The translations under genes and the position numbers were made by a program. 64,000 bases of DNA from a virus (lineage: Duplodnaviria; Caudoviricetes): IMG/VR virus record IMGVR_UViG_3300023108_000002, one strand, 5' to 3'. Of the stretch, positions 56,935-63,986 are shown piece after piece; positions within the stretch are counted from its first letter, which is position 1; the number at the start of each line of letters is the position of its first letter. The notes under the pieces were generated by a model, which was not told where the DNA came from, searched no databases, and worked only from the letters and a program-made list of their open reading frames with translations.

Positions 56935-56963
56935 ATGTTATGATATTTGTAGAGAGCTGTCAA
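56935..56963 (-). promoter_or_regulatory. Sigma70-type early promoter
   Basis: TTGACA-17nt-TAACAT on minus. Confidence 0.7.
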
Positions 56964-56971
56964 GAGCAAAA

Positions 56972-57169
56972 TTAGCAAAAGACAACTCTCAAAACTTCAC
57001 CTCTTTCGCCGAAGAGTGTGTGAACAACTCTGTGAAGATGCCTTTGTGCGAGTCTGCATTCGAACCATGCTTCCGCTTCTGCCAAAGTCTCAACAACAAG
57101 AGCAGGCATTGCCAAAGTTCCCATCACAGGACACAAAGTGGTGATCGTAGTTCTTACTTCATATGTCAT
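56972..57169 (-). CDS. Small early protein
   Basis: GAGGTGATTCG RBS, own promoter. Confidence 0.8.
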   Translation of the reverse strand: MTYEVRTTITTLCPVMGTLAMPALVVETLAEAEAWFECRLAQRHLHRVVHTLFGERGEVLRVVFC

Positions 57170-57198
57170 TTCGAATCACCTCTCTCTTATTATGTCTA

Positions 57199-57227
57199 AC
57201 TATACCACACAAAAAGGAATCTGTCAA
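57199..57227 (-). promoter_or_regulatory. Sigma70-type early promoter
   Basis: TTGACA-17nt-TATAGT on minus, with GATTC right after the -35. Confidence 0.85.
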
Positions 57228-57230
57228 CCC

Positions 57231-57458
57231 CTAAAATGACTCATAATACCAAGATGGTATCGGTTTATGGGTTATTTCAGTAACTCCCCAACTCTCAAAC
57301 CTTCCATTTTTGATTGCCTCTATGGCATTTTTCTTTGTTTTGAAAGGACAATTAGGCATCATGATTGGTTCGATGTTTTCATCCACAACAACCCAACCAT
57401 ACCAACCTTTTTTGGGAGTCGGCCATGTCCAAGTGTTTTTTACAACTCTTACTTTCAT
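57231..57458 (-). CDS. Trp-rich hypothetical protein
   Basis: Follows the sigma-4 gene; P...CPFKTKKNA motif. Confidence 0.7.
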   Translation of the reverse strand: MKVRVVKNTWTWPTPKKGWYGWVVVDENIEPIMMPNCPFKTKKNAIEAIKNGRFESWGVTEITHKPIPSWYYESF

Positions 57459-57470
57459 AATGTATCAGAC

Positions 57471-57716
57471 TTACGCAGCAATGTCAACTAAAATCGAGCG
57501 AAGATCCGCAGAACGCGAAGGATGTTTCAGTTTCCGTTCGGCTTTGGCTTGGATTTGACGAATGCGCTCAACAGACAAGTTCATAATGCATCCGATTTCG
57601 CCGAGAGTGTGCTGCCCGACACCGTTCAGTCCGTAGCGCATTCGAATGACACGCTCTTCTCTGGGGGAGAGAGTAAGAAGAGTTGTACGAAGAATGTCTG
57701 AGTCGTTCTTAATCAT
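57471..57716 (-). CDS. Stand-alone sigma70 (RpoD) region 4 domain protein
   Basis: LLTLSPREERVIRMRYGL...HTLGEIG...SVERIRQIQAKAERKLKHPSRSADLRSIL aligns by eye with the RpoD C-terminus. Confidence 0.92.
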   Translation of the reverse strand: MIKNDSDILRTTLLTLSPREERVIRMRYGLNGVGQHTLGEIGCIMNLSVERIRQIQAKAERKLKHPSRSADLRSILVDIAA

Positions 57717-57746
57717 TTCGAATCACCTTTCTCTTATTACTCTTAT

Positions 57747-57774
57747 AATCTAACAGATTCATAGAGAAAGTCAA
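57747..57774 (-). promoter_or_regulatory. Sigma70-type early promoter cassette
   Basis: GCCCTTGACT-16nt-TAGATT on minus, with GAATC in the spacer. Confidence 0.65.
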
Positions 57775-58039
57775 GGGCTTTTTTTAGCCTGCTTGAATGT
57801 AGATGTATTCGGAATTTTCTAGAGTAGGAAAGTTGGAAACATTTTGCAGATCGACTTTGCGAACAAAGTGGCCGTGGTGAATGACATACCACCACCTTTG
57901 TTGATCTGGAATGCTGTCTCCTTGAAGATATATCTTTCCCATACTGAAACATATTTATTTTTAGCGGTCAAAAGCAGCGGGTCAAATCCAAGGAATTCTA
58001 ACATAAATTATATTGTGAGGTATTAGAAGGAAATACTCT

Positions 58040-58525
58040 ATGGAAAATCAGAATCAAAATAAGAAACTTTGGAAAAAGGTAAAGAAAATGGATTTAGGAA
58101 ACCCTGCCGTCACGGCACTAGTAGGTCTGGTAATATTCTATATCGGATTAAAAACATTCTCTGGGGGCATGAAGGCCATGGGAAACATGGAGCATCTTTC
58201 GTTTTTCTTGGGAAATCCACTGTATATGTTCTTTGGTGGAATCATCATGACTTTGTTGTGGCAATCGTCAAGCTTGAGTACAACCGCCATCATTGCGTTG
58301 GTTGCGTCTGGTGCCTTGCCGCTTCCGGCAGCGATTGGAGCAGTTCTAGGAGCGAACATCGGAACAACAGGAACCATCTGGCTTGCGGGAATTTTTGTTT
58401 CTGATGGCATGCCGAAGGGAGACACACTACGAATTGCGATGGCACATACAGGAGCGAACCTTCTAATGGCTATCATGTTGTTGCCGTTTGTTGGCCAGAT
58501 TGCTAAATATTTGAGCAAATTTTAG
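58040..58525 (+). CDS. Na/Pi cotransporter family protein, single repeat (half-size)
   Basis: LWQSSSLSTT...LGANIGTTGT signature, about five hydrophobic segments. Confidence 0.85.
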   Translation: MENQNQNKKLWKKVKKMDLGNPAVTALVGLVIFYIGLKTFSGGMKAMGNMEHLSFFLGNPLYMFFGGIIMTLLWQSSSLSTTAIIALVASGALPLPAAIGAVLGANIGTTGTIWLAGIFVSDGMPKGDTLRIAMAHTGANLLMAIMLLPFVGQIAKYLSKF

Positions 58526-58600
58526 CCACAGGCCCTTGACTTCTTTGCTCAAATGACTTATATTAGTAGTGTAAGTAATGAAAGGTGATTCGTAATGACA
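58516..58600 (+). repeat. Early promoter/RBS cassette, copy 1
   Basis: 27-nt and 42-nt blocks shared with 58742-58826. A 44-nt block (58532-58575) is identical to 61315-61358. Confidence 0.9.
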
Positions 58601-58726
58601 AGAGAGGAATTTTTTGAGTGGTTGGAGACTTGCCCCACGCATAAACACAACATTACATTTGATGAGTTTGATTTTGTGACTGTGTGCTTTCCAATTGAAG
58701 AAGAGGAAGAAGAGAGCGCGGCATAA
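58595..58726 (+). CDS. 43-aa acidic early protein
   Basis: AAAGGTGAT RBS; MTREEFFEWLETCPTHKH...EEEEEESAA. Confidence 0.75.
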   Translation: MTREEFFEWLETCPTHKHNITFDEFDFVTVCFPIEEEEEESAA

Positions 58727-58741
58727 ACCGAACACATCCCC

Positions 58742-58826
58742 CAAATTTTAGCCACAGGCCCTTGACTTTTGAGTTCGAATCGCATATATTAGTAGTATAA
58801 GTAATGAAAGGTGATTCGTAATGACA
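58742..58826 (+). repeat. Early promoter/RBS cassette, copy 2
   Basis: TTGACT-17nt-TATATT plus AGGTGATTCGTAATG; near-identical to copy 1 except in the spacer. Confidence 0.9.
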
Positions 58827-59162
58827 CAGACTGCTAAAGAATTCATAGATGAAATGAACTACTTCGATACATATGGAAGTGGTTGTGGATTTGAGACACG
58901 TTGGTCTATCTATGGTGAAAATATCAAAATGGGAGAGAACCATCCCTTTCAAACTCCCATGACGATTCAGAACAAATGTGATGTTTGGGGATATGATTCC
59001 TCTGCTGTTTGTAATGGTAAAACGTGGGGAGATCTCTGGCAGACATGTGAAACTGTCATACGCAATTCAGTGGATAGTGATGGTAATAGAGATCATCACA
59101 TCTTTATTGAAGATTTAGAAGCGCAAGGTAATGGCGTTTGGAACTTGGTAACAGGGAGCTAA
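58821..59162 (+). CDS. Hypothetical early protein
   Basis: Cassette RBS; TWGDLW...DHHIFIE. Confidence 0.8.
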   Translation: MTQTAKEFIDEMNYFDTYGSGCGFETRWSIYGENIKMGENHPFQTPMTIQNKCDVWGYDSSAVCNGKTWGDLWQTCETVIRNSVDSDGNRDHHIFIEDLEAQGNGVWNLVTGS

Positions 59163-59165
59163 ATT

Positions 59166-59357
59166 ATGAACTCTAACTTAAAAACTTTTATGGATTCTGT
59201 GTGGACTGCTACACAAATCTCCGGCAACACTGTTGTTGATCGTCGTGTTTGTTTTGGTGGAAATCCAGACATTCAATTCACTGTCGAACTTCCCAATGGG
59301 GAATTTGATTTTGTATCTGCTGTTGACATGTTTGAAGTGGGGGTAGAATTCTCATGA
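59166..59357 (+). CDS. Hypothetical protein
   Basis: GGAG RBS; gene run. Confidence 0.7.
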   Translation: MNSNLKTFMDSVWTATQISGNTVVDRRVCFGGNPDIQFTVELPNGEFDFVSAVDMFEVGVEFS

Positions 59358-59584
59358 CCATATATCCTGATTTTGATATCATTGTAACTGATGGCATTCC
59401 TTTACATGGCAGCCCTCAAGACAGAGGTTCTGCCGATCGTTATTATCACCGTTCTTTTGACCCCCACTACTGGCCACTAGGCACATACAAAGGTGAGCGT
59501 GTTGAAAAAGATAACATGACTGTTGGTGAGATTGAGGCTTATCGTTATGGCTGGGATAACGAAAAAGATCGTAAGGAGTGGTAA
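59354..59584 (+). CDS. Hypothetical protein
   Basis: ATGA coupling; HGSPQDRGSADRYY...AYRYGW. Confidence 0.75.
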   Translation: MTIYPDFDIIVTDGIPLHGSPQDRGSADRYYHRSFDPHYWPLGTYKGERVEKDNMTVGEIEAYRYGWDNEKDRKEW

Positions 59585-59784
59585 TGTTTCGAATAATATT
59601 TTACTCGGCTGCGTTTGGCCTGGGCGGAGCAATGATTGTGAATTCGTTTTTGAACATGTTGGAAATGCCTGACGTGCATTTTTCATATTCAAGTGGCGAA
59701 TGTGTTCGAGTTCTGAATTACACTGATGAAGTTTTCACTTGTGAAAACCTTCCAGAGAGATTTCATCATGTGTGGGTCGAATAA
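59584..59784 (+). CDS. Small membrane-anchored protein
   Basis: TAATG coupling, N-terminal TM helix, two Cys. Confidence 0.7.
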   Translation: MFRIIFYSAAFGLGGAMIVNSFLNMLEMPDVHFSYSSGECVRVLNYTDEVFTCENLPERFHHVWVE

Positions 59785-59929
59785 TTTTTTTCAAGAAGGC
59801 GTAGATGCACATGCTTCTGGCCTTCTTTGGAAAGATAATCCATATAAAGAAGATTCTTTTGAATATTCTGAGTGGAAAAAAGGTTGGGATGCTCGTATGA
59901 CGTGGTGTTTAGAAAATGCATACACATAA
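59768..59929 (+). CDS. Hypothetical protein with an NPY...W..GW motif
   Basis: EGVDAHASG...DNPY...EWKKGW. Confidence 0.6.
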   Translation: MCGSNNFFQEGVDAHASGLLWKDNPYKEDSFEYSEWKKGWDARMTWCLENAYT

Positions 59930-59958
59930 ATATTTTAATGAAACTGAAGGTGACAGTA

Positions 59959-60279
59959 ATGACGCAAATGAATTTTGATTTTTTTGATGAAAAATCTACA
60001 CAAATGTCAGAAAATCTTGTAAATTTAAATGAGGCACTTGATGGAACGGCAACTTTAACTGACTTCGAAACATATTTGAAAGAAAGAATGTATGATGCTG
60101 AGTATAAATTGCATCTTTCAGAACAAGCTCTTACAAACATTGGACTTGAACTCAAAAATTTTCTAGAAATTTATGAACATTCTTGGAATGGATCGCATGA
60201 AGTCAAAGAAATGATTGAGACAATAGACAATTATTTTGATATTAGTTCTAAAATTACAATCAAAGAGGAAAAAAAATGA
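59959..60279 (+). CDS. Hypothetical protein
   Basis: AAGGTGA RBS; CATAAATA at 59925-59932 upstream. Confidence 0.7.
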   Translation: MTQMNFDFFDEKSTQMSENLVNLNEALDGTATLTDFETYLKERMYDAEYKLHLSEQALTNIGLELKNFLEIYEHSWNGSHEVKEMIETIDNYFDISSKITIKEEKK

Positions 60280-60497
60280 TTTCTATGTCAGTTGTAATCG
60301 GGTTCGGCATTTATCTTTGTGTCGCACTATACTTTAGTATGAAATCTGCCCATAAAACTGGATATGTACAAGGACTACAGGATATATTAACTTCAGTTGA
60401 AGAGGCTCTCGACCATGATAGGTCAAAAATTGATAGTCTTTATGAAAAAATGGCAAAAAATAAAGGAATGAGAGTAGAAATTTCAGAAGAAATTTAA
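60276..60497 (+). CDS. Single-TM protein
   Basis: ATGA coupling, hydrophobic N-terminus. Confidence 0.7.
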   Translation: MISMSVVIGFGIYLCVALYFSMKSAHKTGYVQGLQDILTSVEEALDHDRSKIDSLYEKMAKNKGMRVEISEEI

Positions 60498-60506
60498 TAA
60501 AAGCCC

Positions 60507-60535
60507 TTGACAAATCCCCTCAAATGTGACAGAAT
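60507..60535 (+). promoter_or_regulatory. Sigma70-type early promoter
   Basis: GCCCTTGACA-17nt-CAGAAT. Confidence 0.7.
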
Positions 60536-60565
60536 CATATTGTATTTGATGATAGAGGTAAAAAA

Positions 60566-61000
60566 ATGGTTCACTTCGACAATTTATATGTCTCTGGTTC
60601 CGGCTCTCGCAAAAGAAAACTCGCATATCAAGTTGCTGAGTTCGTAAAATCTCAAATTTTCCCTAGAACACAAGGTGTGATGCTGGAAATTCAGCTCATT
60701 TCGAAGCTTTCTGAGAAAGAAGGCGTCCTTGGCGATTGTATGGATGAAGATGATCGCGAATATACAGTCAGAATTGATAGTTCTTTGGATAGAGAAACTT
60801 TTATCAAGACTCTTTGTCATGAATTAGTTCATGTAAAACAATATGCAAAGAATGAACTACGTCAAATTACTTTCAAAACACACAAATGGCATCGTAAAAC
60901 TTTGATGGGCGATCTAGAATATCATGAGCGTCCTTGGGAAATCGAAGCATTTTCAATGGAAGATGAATTAGCTGAAAAATTTGGAGAAAATAATGAGTAA
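60566..61000 (+). CDS. HEXXH zinc metallopeptidase-like protein
   Basis: TLCHELVHVKQY...PWEIEAF. Confidence 0.85.
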   Translation: MVHFDNLYVSGSGSRKRKLAYQVAEFVKSQIFPRTQGVMLEIQLISKLSEKEGVLGDCMDEDDREYTVRIDSSLDRETFIKTLCHELVHVKQYAKNELRQITFKTHKWHRKTLMGDLEYHERPWEIEAFSMEDELAEKFGENNE

Positions 61001-61322
61001 AATGGGAAATTATGTTGTAGAATTAATGGAAACTGGACTTTGGGAAGAGGACGAAAATCCTTCTGAACCAAATTTTGATGAATATTATAGCGAACAGCTG
61101 TCTAGATTCAAGCATGAATTGAGAGATTGTATGCAATCTAGAAATATTACTTGGAAAGAGGCACTAACTTTTTTATATCAAACCGAAGAAGATGATTATG
61201 AACTCTTTGATATAGAGGAAGATGCATATTGTTACCAAAAACTTGAACATTTTCTTTATAAATGGGATTTACAGGAAAGAAAAATTGATGAAATATGTAA
61301 AAAATTCTTCATTAGCCCTTGA
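60993..61322 (+). CDS. Acidic hypothetical protein
   Basis: GGAG RBS; overlapping gene run. Confidence 0.7.
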   Translation: MSKMGNYVVELMETGLWEEDENPSEPNFDEYYSEQLSRFKHELRDCMQSRNITWKEALTFLYQTEEDDYELFDIEEDAYCYQKLEHFLYKWDLQERKIDEICKKFFISP

Positions 61323-61358
61323 CTTCTTTGCTCAAATGACTTATATTAGTAGTGTAAG
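61315..61358 (+). promoter_or_regulatory. Early promoter cassette, copy 3
   Basis: 44 nt identical to 58532-58575; TTGACT-17nt-TATATT. Confidence 0.9.
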
Positions 61359-61386
61359 GTAAAAAAACATAGGAGATTCTTACGTT

Positions 61387-61812
61387 ATGGCATATGTTTC
61401 ACAAGACATGAAAAAAGCTCTTGCCCCTGCAATTAAAAATGTACTAAAACAGTACGGTATGAAAGGCACGATTGGTGTTAACAACCATTCTTCTTTGGTT
61501 GTGAATATTAAAGAAGGTGTTCTTGACTTGATTGGAATTGCAAATGCAAAAAATCAAGAGATTGCTGAACGGCGGAATATGCCTTACTATGAATGTAACG
61601 GATACTTTCAGGCAAATCCCTACCATTCCGATCAATATGGAGAAGCTTCTTCTTTCTTTGAAGATTTGGTTGCGGCAATGAAAGGTGCGTTTACAAACGG
61701 TGGTCCCAAATGGTATGATAACAGTGATGCAATGATTGATTACTTTGATACTGCATACTATTTGGACATCAATGTTGGAAAATGGAACAAGCCTTACGTT
61801 TGTACGGCTTAA
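61387..61812 (+). CDS. Conserved phage early protein (D.M.DYF motif)
   Basis: AGGAG RBS; DNSDAMIDYFDTAYYLDINVGKWNKPY. Confidence 0.8.
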   Translation: MAYVSQDMKKALAPAIKNVLKQYGMKGTIGVNNHSSLVVNIKEGVLDLIGIANAKNQEIAERRNMPYYECNGYFQANPYHSDQYGEASSFFEDLVAAMKGAFTNGGPKWYDNSDAMIDYFDTAYYLDINVGKWNKPYVCTA

Positions 61813-61829
61813 ACAATAAGGAGTGATAT

Positions 61830-61988
61830 ATGTGGTATGTTCAGTATGAACTTGCTGATGGTTCAAATGAAACTTTTCGATATGAGGGCTTGACACAAGA
61901 GCAGGCGCGTGAAATCCATCGTCAATGGTCTGGTTGGAACACCAAATATGTCCAATCAGGAAGGATGGATTTAGGATATGGTAAATAA
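61830..61988 (+). CDS. 52-aa hypothetical protein
   Basis: AAGGAG RBS; MWYVQYELADGSNETFRYEGL... Confidence 0.7.
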   Translation: MWYVQYELADGSNETFRYEGLTQEQAREIHRQWSGWNTKYVQSGRMDLGYGK

Positions 61989-62193
61989 AATACAGCGCAT
62001 GGTCGTCCCGCTAATGGACGAATTGCAATGGTGCATGGAGAACAACGCACACTTGGAAGACCCCGATAGGGTCTCTGCTATAATTGATAGGGTCAGTATC
62101 TATATTGCACATTTAACAGATGAAGATAGTGACTATCTACATGCTGCTCAAGATGCGATAGAGGAAGGTCGCGAATGGAACGTGAAGAAATAA
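61978..62193 (+). CDS. Hypothetical protein
   Basis: Overlapping gene run; DSDYLHAAQDAIEEGREW. Confidence 0.7.
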   Translation: MVNKIQRMVVPLMDELQWCMENNAHLEDPDRVSAIIDRVSIYIAHLTDEDSDYLHAAQDAIEEGREWNVKK

Positions 62194-62333
62194 CACAGTT
62201 AAAAGAAATTCGTGATGTTTTTTTAAAAATGTATCATGAAACTAAAAAACCTGATATAAGTATTGATATGTCTTTTTTAAGGCTTCATAATATTATATCA
62301 AGATTAGAAGAGGATACATTAAATGGCAGATAA
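62175..62333 (+). CDS. 52-aa hypothetical protein
   Basis: Fills the gap with overlaps on both sides; MEREEITQLKEIRDVF... Confidence 0.55.
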   Translation: MEREEITQLKEIRDVFLKMYHETKKPDISIDMSFLRLHNIISRLEEDTLNGR

Positions 62334-62517
62334 AGAAATTTCTATTAGAGTTGGAAAACTTTATTCTAAAGGACTTGATTATGATGATGCTCAGAAAGAA
62401 TTTTTGAGCCATGCTTCTGATAAAGAAAAATCATTATTAGAAAATCAATTTGATGAAGTTTGGAATGAATATGAGCACATGTATCTTTCAACTCTTTCTT
62501 TTATGAGTAACAAATGA
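62323..62517 (+). CDS. Hypothetical protein
   Basis: GAGG RBS; gene run. Confidence 0.7.
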   Translation: MADKEISIRVGKLYSKGLDYDDAQKEFLSHASDKEKSLLENQFDEVWNEYEHMYLSTLSFMSNK

Positions 62518-62708
62518 GCATAGATTATTACGCAGACAAATTATATGATGTGCAGATAGATACCGTAAAAGGAGATGTTATTTTAGGTGGTGTTTTCTTT
62601 ATAGAAGATAGTCCAAAAGAGGCATATATTTTTGAGCGAGCTTACATTATGGGAAGAGAACATAAAAAAGCTCAAGTGATTAATATTCTTTCAAAGAAAA
62701 CTTCTTGA
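62514..62708 (+). CDS. Hypothetical protein
   Basis: ATGA coupling. Confidence 0.65.
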   Translation: MSIDYYADKLYDVQIDTVKGDVILGGVFFIEDSPKEAYIFERAYIMGREHKKAQVINILSKKTS

Positions 62709-62733
62709 CAGAATCGGAGTTATTTGATATAAA
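62705..62733 (+). promoter_or_regulatory. Sigma70-type promoter for the tRNA cluster
   Basis: TTGACA-17nt-TATAAA, 8 nt before tRNA-Arg, with GAATC right after the -35. Confidence 0.8.
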
Positions 62734-62741
62734 GAAAATAT

Positions 62742-62818
62742 CCGCTCGTAGATCAACTGGATAGATCAACTGACTTCTAATCAGTAGGTTGAGGGTTCGA
62801 GTCCTTCCGAGCGGGCCA
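62742..62818 (+). tRNA. tRNA-Arg(UCU)
   Basis: CCGCTCG/CGAGCGG acceptor, GATC D-stem, ACTGA-CTTCTAA-TCAGT anticodon arm, GGTTCGAGTCC, encoded CCA. Confidence 0.95.
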
Positions 62819-62831
62819 GATAAATAGGGGA

Positions 62832-62937
62832 GACTACTAGGAAGAGGTAGAAACCAGTAAGGCAGAAATGGTTCTGATTTTATTGAAGCGACCTGAATCC
62901 CCTCAAACCGCGCACCAGAAAGGAACACCTAGTAGTC
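62832..62937 (+). ncRNA. Candidate structured RNA or 5' leader
   Basis: Perfect 10-bp closing stem GACTACTAGG/CCTAGTAGTC with internal hairpins, preceded by GATAAATA at 62819-62826. Confidence 0.5.
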
Positions 62938-62960
62938 GTTAATTTAGAAAGGATAATGAA

Positions 62961-63260
62961 ATGGGTGTAACACCATCGACAGGAATGCCATTTGATGTTT
63001 ATCAAGTGATGCAGGCGACAATGTATGGAACTCCACAAGCTCCACATTATCCTAATAGTGAAAATGTTAGACCCCCAGCGGGTAAAGATTCAAAACGTGT
63101 AGTAGAACCATCTACAAGGACTGATGTAAATATAGATGTTTTACGAAGATGGGTTGAACAAAAAGATAGAATTGATGATAGTTTAGAAGATCTAAGACTT
63201 AGGACTTATTTCAATAAAGAACAAATTGAACAAGGAGCAATCTTAGATATAGAAGTTTAA
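62961..63260 (+). CDS. Hypothetical Pro-rich protein
   Basis: AAAGGA RBS; 99 aa between tRNAs. Confidence 0.75.
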   Translation: MGVTPSTGMPFDVYQVMQATMYGTPQAPHYPNSENVRPPAGKDSKRVVEPSTRTDVNIDVLRRWVEQKDRIDDSLEDLRLRTYFNKEQIEQGAILDIEV

Positions 63261-63334
63261 GCGGGTATAGCATAGTGGTAATGTTACAGCCTTCCAAGCT
63301 GAAGATAGGAGTTCGATTCTCCTTACCCGCTCCA
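63261..63334 (+). tRNA. tRNA-Gly(UCC)
   Basis: GCGGGTA/TACCCGC acceptor, CAGC-CTTCCAA-GCTG anticodon arm, GTTCGATT, CCA. Confidence 0.95.
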
Positions 63335-63363
63335 AATAAAAATCCATGGCGACGGCCTATGGA

Positions 63364-63513
63364 TTGTGGTGACTGAATAAGTGGTAAGCGTGCCACTAAG
63401 GTATACACAAAGAGGGTAGCACCCTGTCTTAGCGGATGCAGTGTAGTTTGAAAGCGAGTTAGCCCGAGCGCTCAGTGCGAGTAGATGTAGGTAATCGGTA
63501 ATCCTACCCACAA
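63364..63513 (+). ncRNA. manA-motif-like structured RNA
   Basis: TTGTGG/CCACAA closing stem. The 5' GGTGACTGAATAA, internal TAAGGT and 3' GGTAATCCTACC segments resemble the marine/cyanophage manA motif as I remember it. Confidence 0.6.
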
Positions 63514-63521
63514 CTTATAAA

Positions 63522-63598
<77 letters not shown>

Positions 63599-63610
63599 AA
63601 CAGAAATTAT

Positions 63611-63685
63611 TCCGGCGTAGCTCAGCGGTAGAGCAGTTGACTGTTAATCAATTGGTCGTAGGTTCGATCCCTACCGCCGGAGCCA
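63611..63685 (+). tRNA. tRNA-Asn(GUU)
   Basis: TCCGGCG/CGCCGGA acceptor, GTTGA-CTGTTAA-TCAAT anticodon arm, GGTTCGATCCC, CCA. Confidence 0.95.
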
Positions 63686-63698
63686 GAAAGAGGCAAAA

Positions 63699-63986
63699 AT
63701 GTATAAACCTTTACCTGATAGCGTTACTATTAAAAAATCTGAAATCAATGGATTAGGACTCTTTGCAGTTGAACCTATTAAGGAAGGAACCGAAATAGGA
63801 TTGTCTCATTTTTATTGGGGCGATCAGTTACAGAGAACACCTTTAGGTGCTTTCTATAATCATTCCGAAGAACCTAATATCTTAAAGGTTCAAAGGGATA
63901 GTAGATTCTTTATTGTGGCTACAAGAGATATTTTGCCAGATGAAGAAATAACATGTAGATATACTTTTTATAATGTGGAGAAGTGA
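63699..63986 (+). CDS. Minimal SET-domain protein
   Basis: SEINGLGLFA, FYNHSEEPN, ATRDILPDEEITCRY. Confidence 0.85.
   Translation: MYKPLPDSVTIKKSEINGLGLFAVEPIKEGTEIGLSHFYWGDQLQRTPLGAFYNHSEEPNILKVQRDSRFFIVATRDILPDEEITCRYTFYNVEK

Noticed and set aside
57990-58015. Pho box upstream of the Na/Pi transporter
   Set aside because: Only the first half-site resembles CTGTCAT. The second half is too degenerate to call.
57743-58026. Three overlapping 60-69 aa ORFs between the sigma-4 promoter and the Na/Pi gene
   Set aside because: Mutually overlapping, with no convincing RBS or motif. Treated as unresolved intergenic DNA.
62742-63334. Non-canonical tRNA details (self-complementary GATC D-stem in Arg, A-A mismatch at the top of the Gly anticodon stem)
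   Set aside because: Within normal variation for phage tRNAs. The cloverleaves and CCA ends are intact.
63335-63363. Theta/HDV-like ribozyme trailing a tRNA
   Set aside because: The sequence after the CCA is A-rich and I could not build the nested double pseudoknot.
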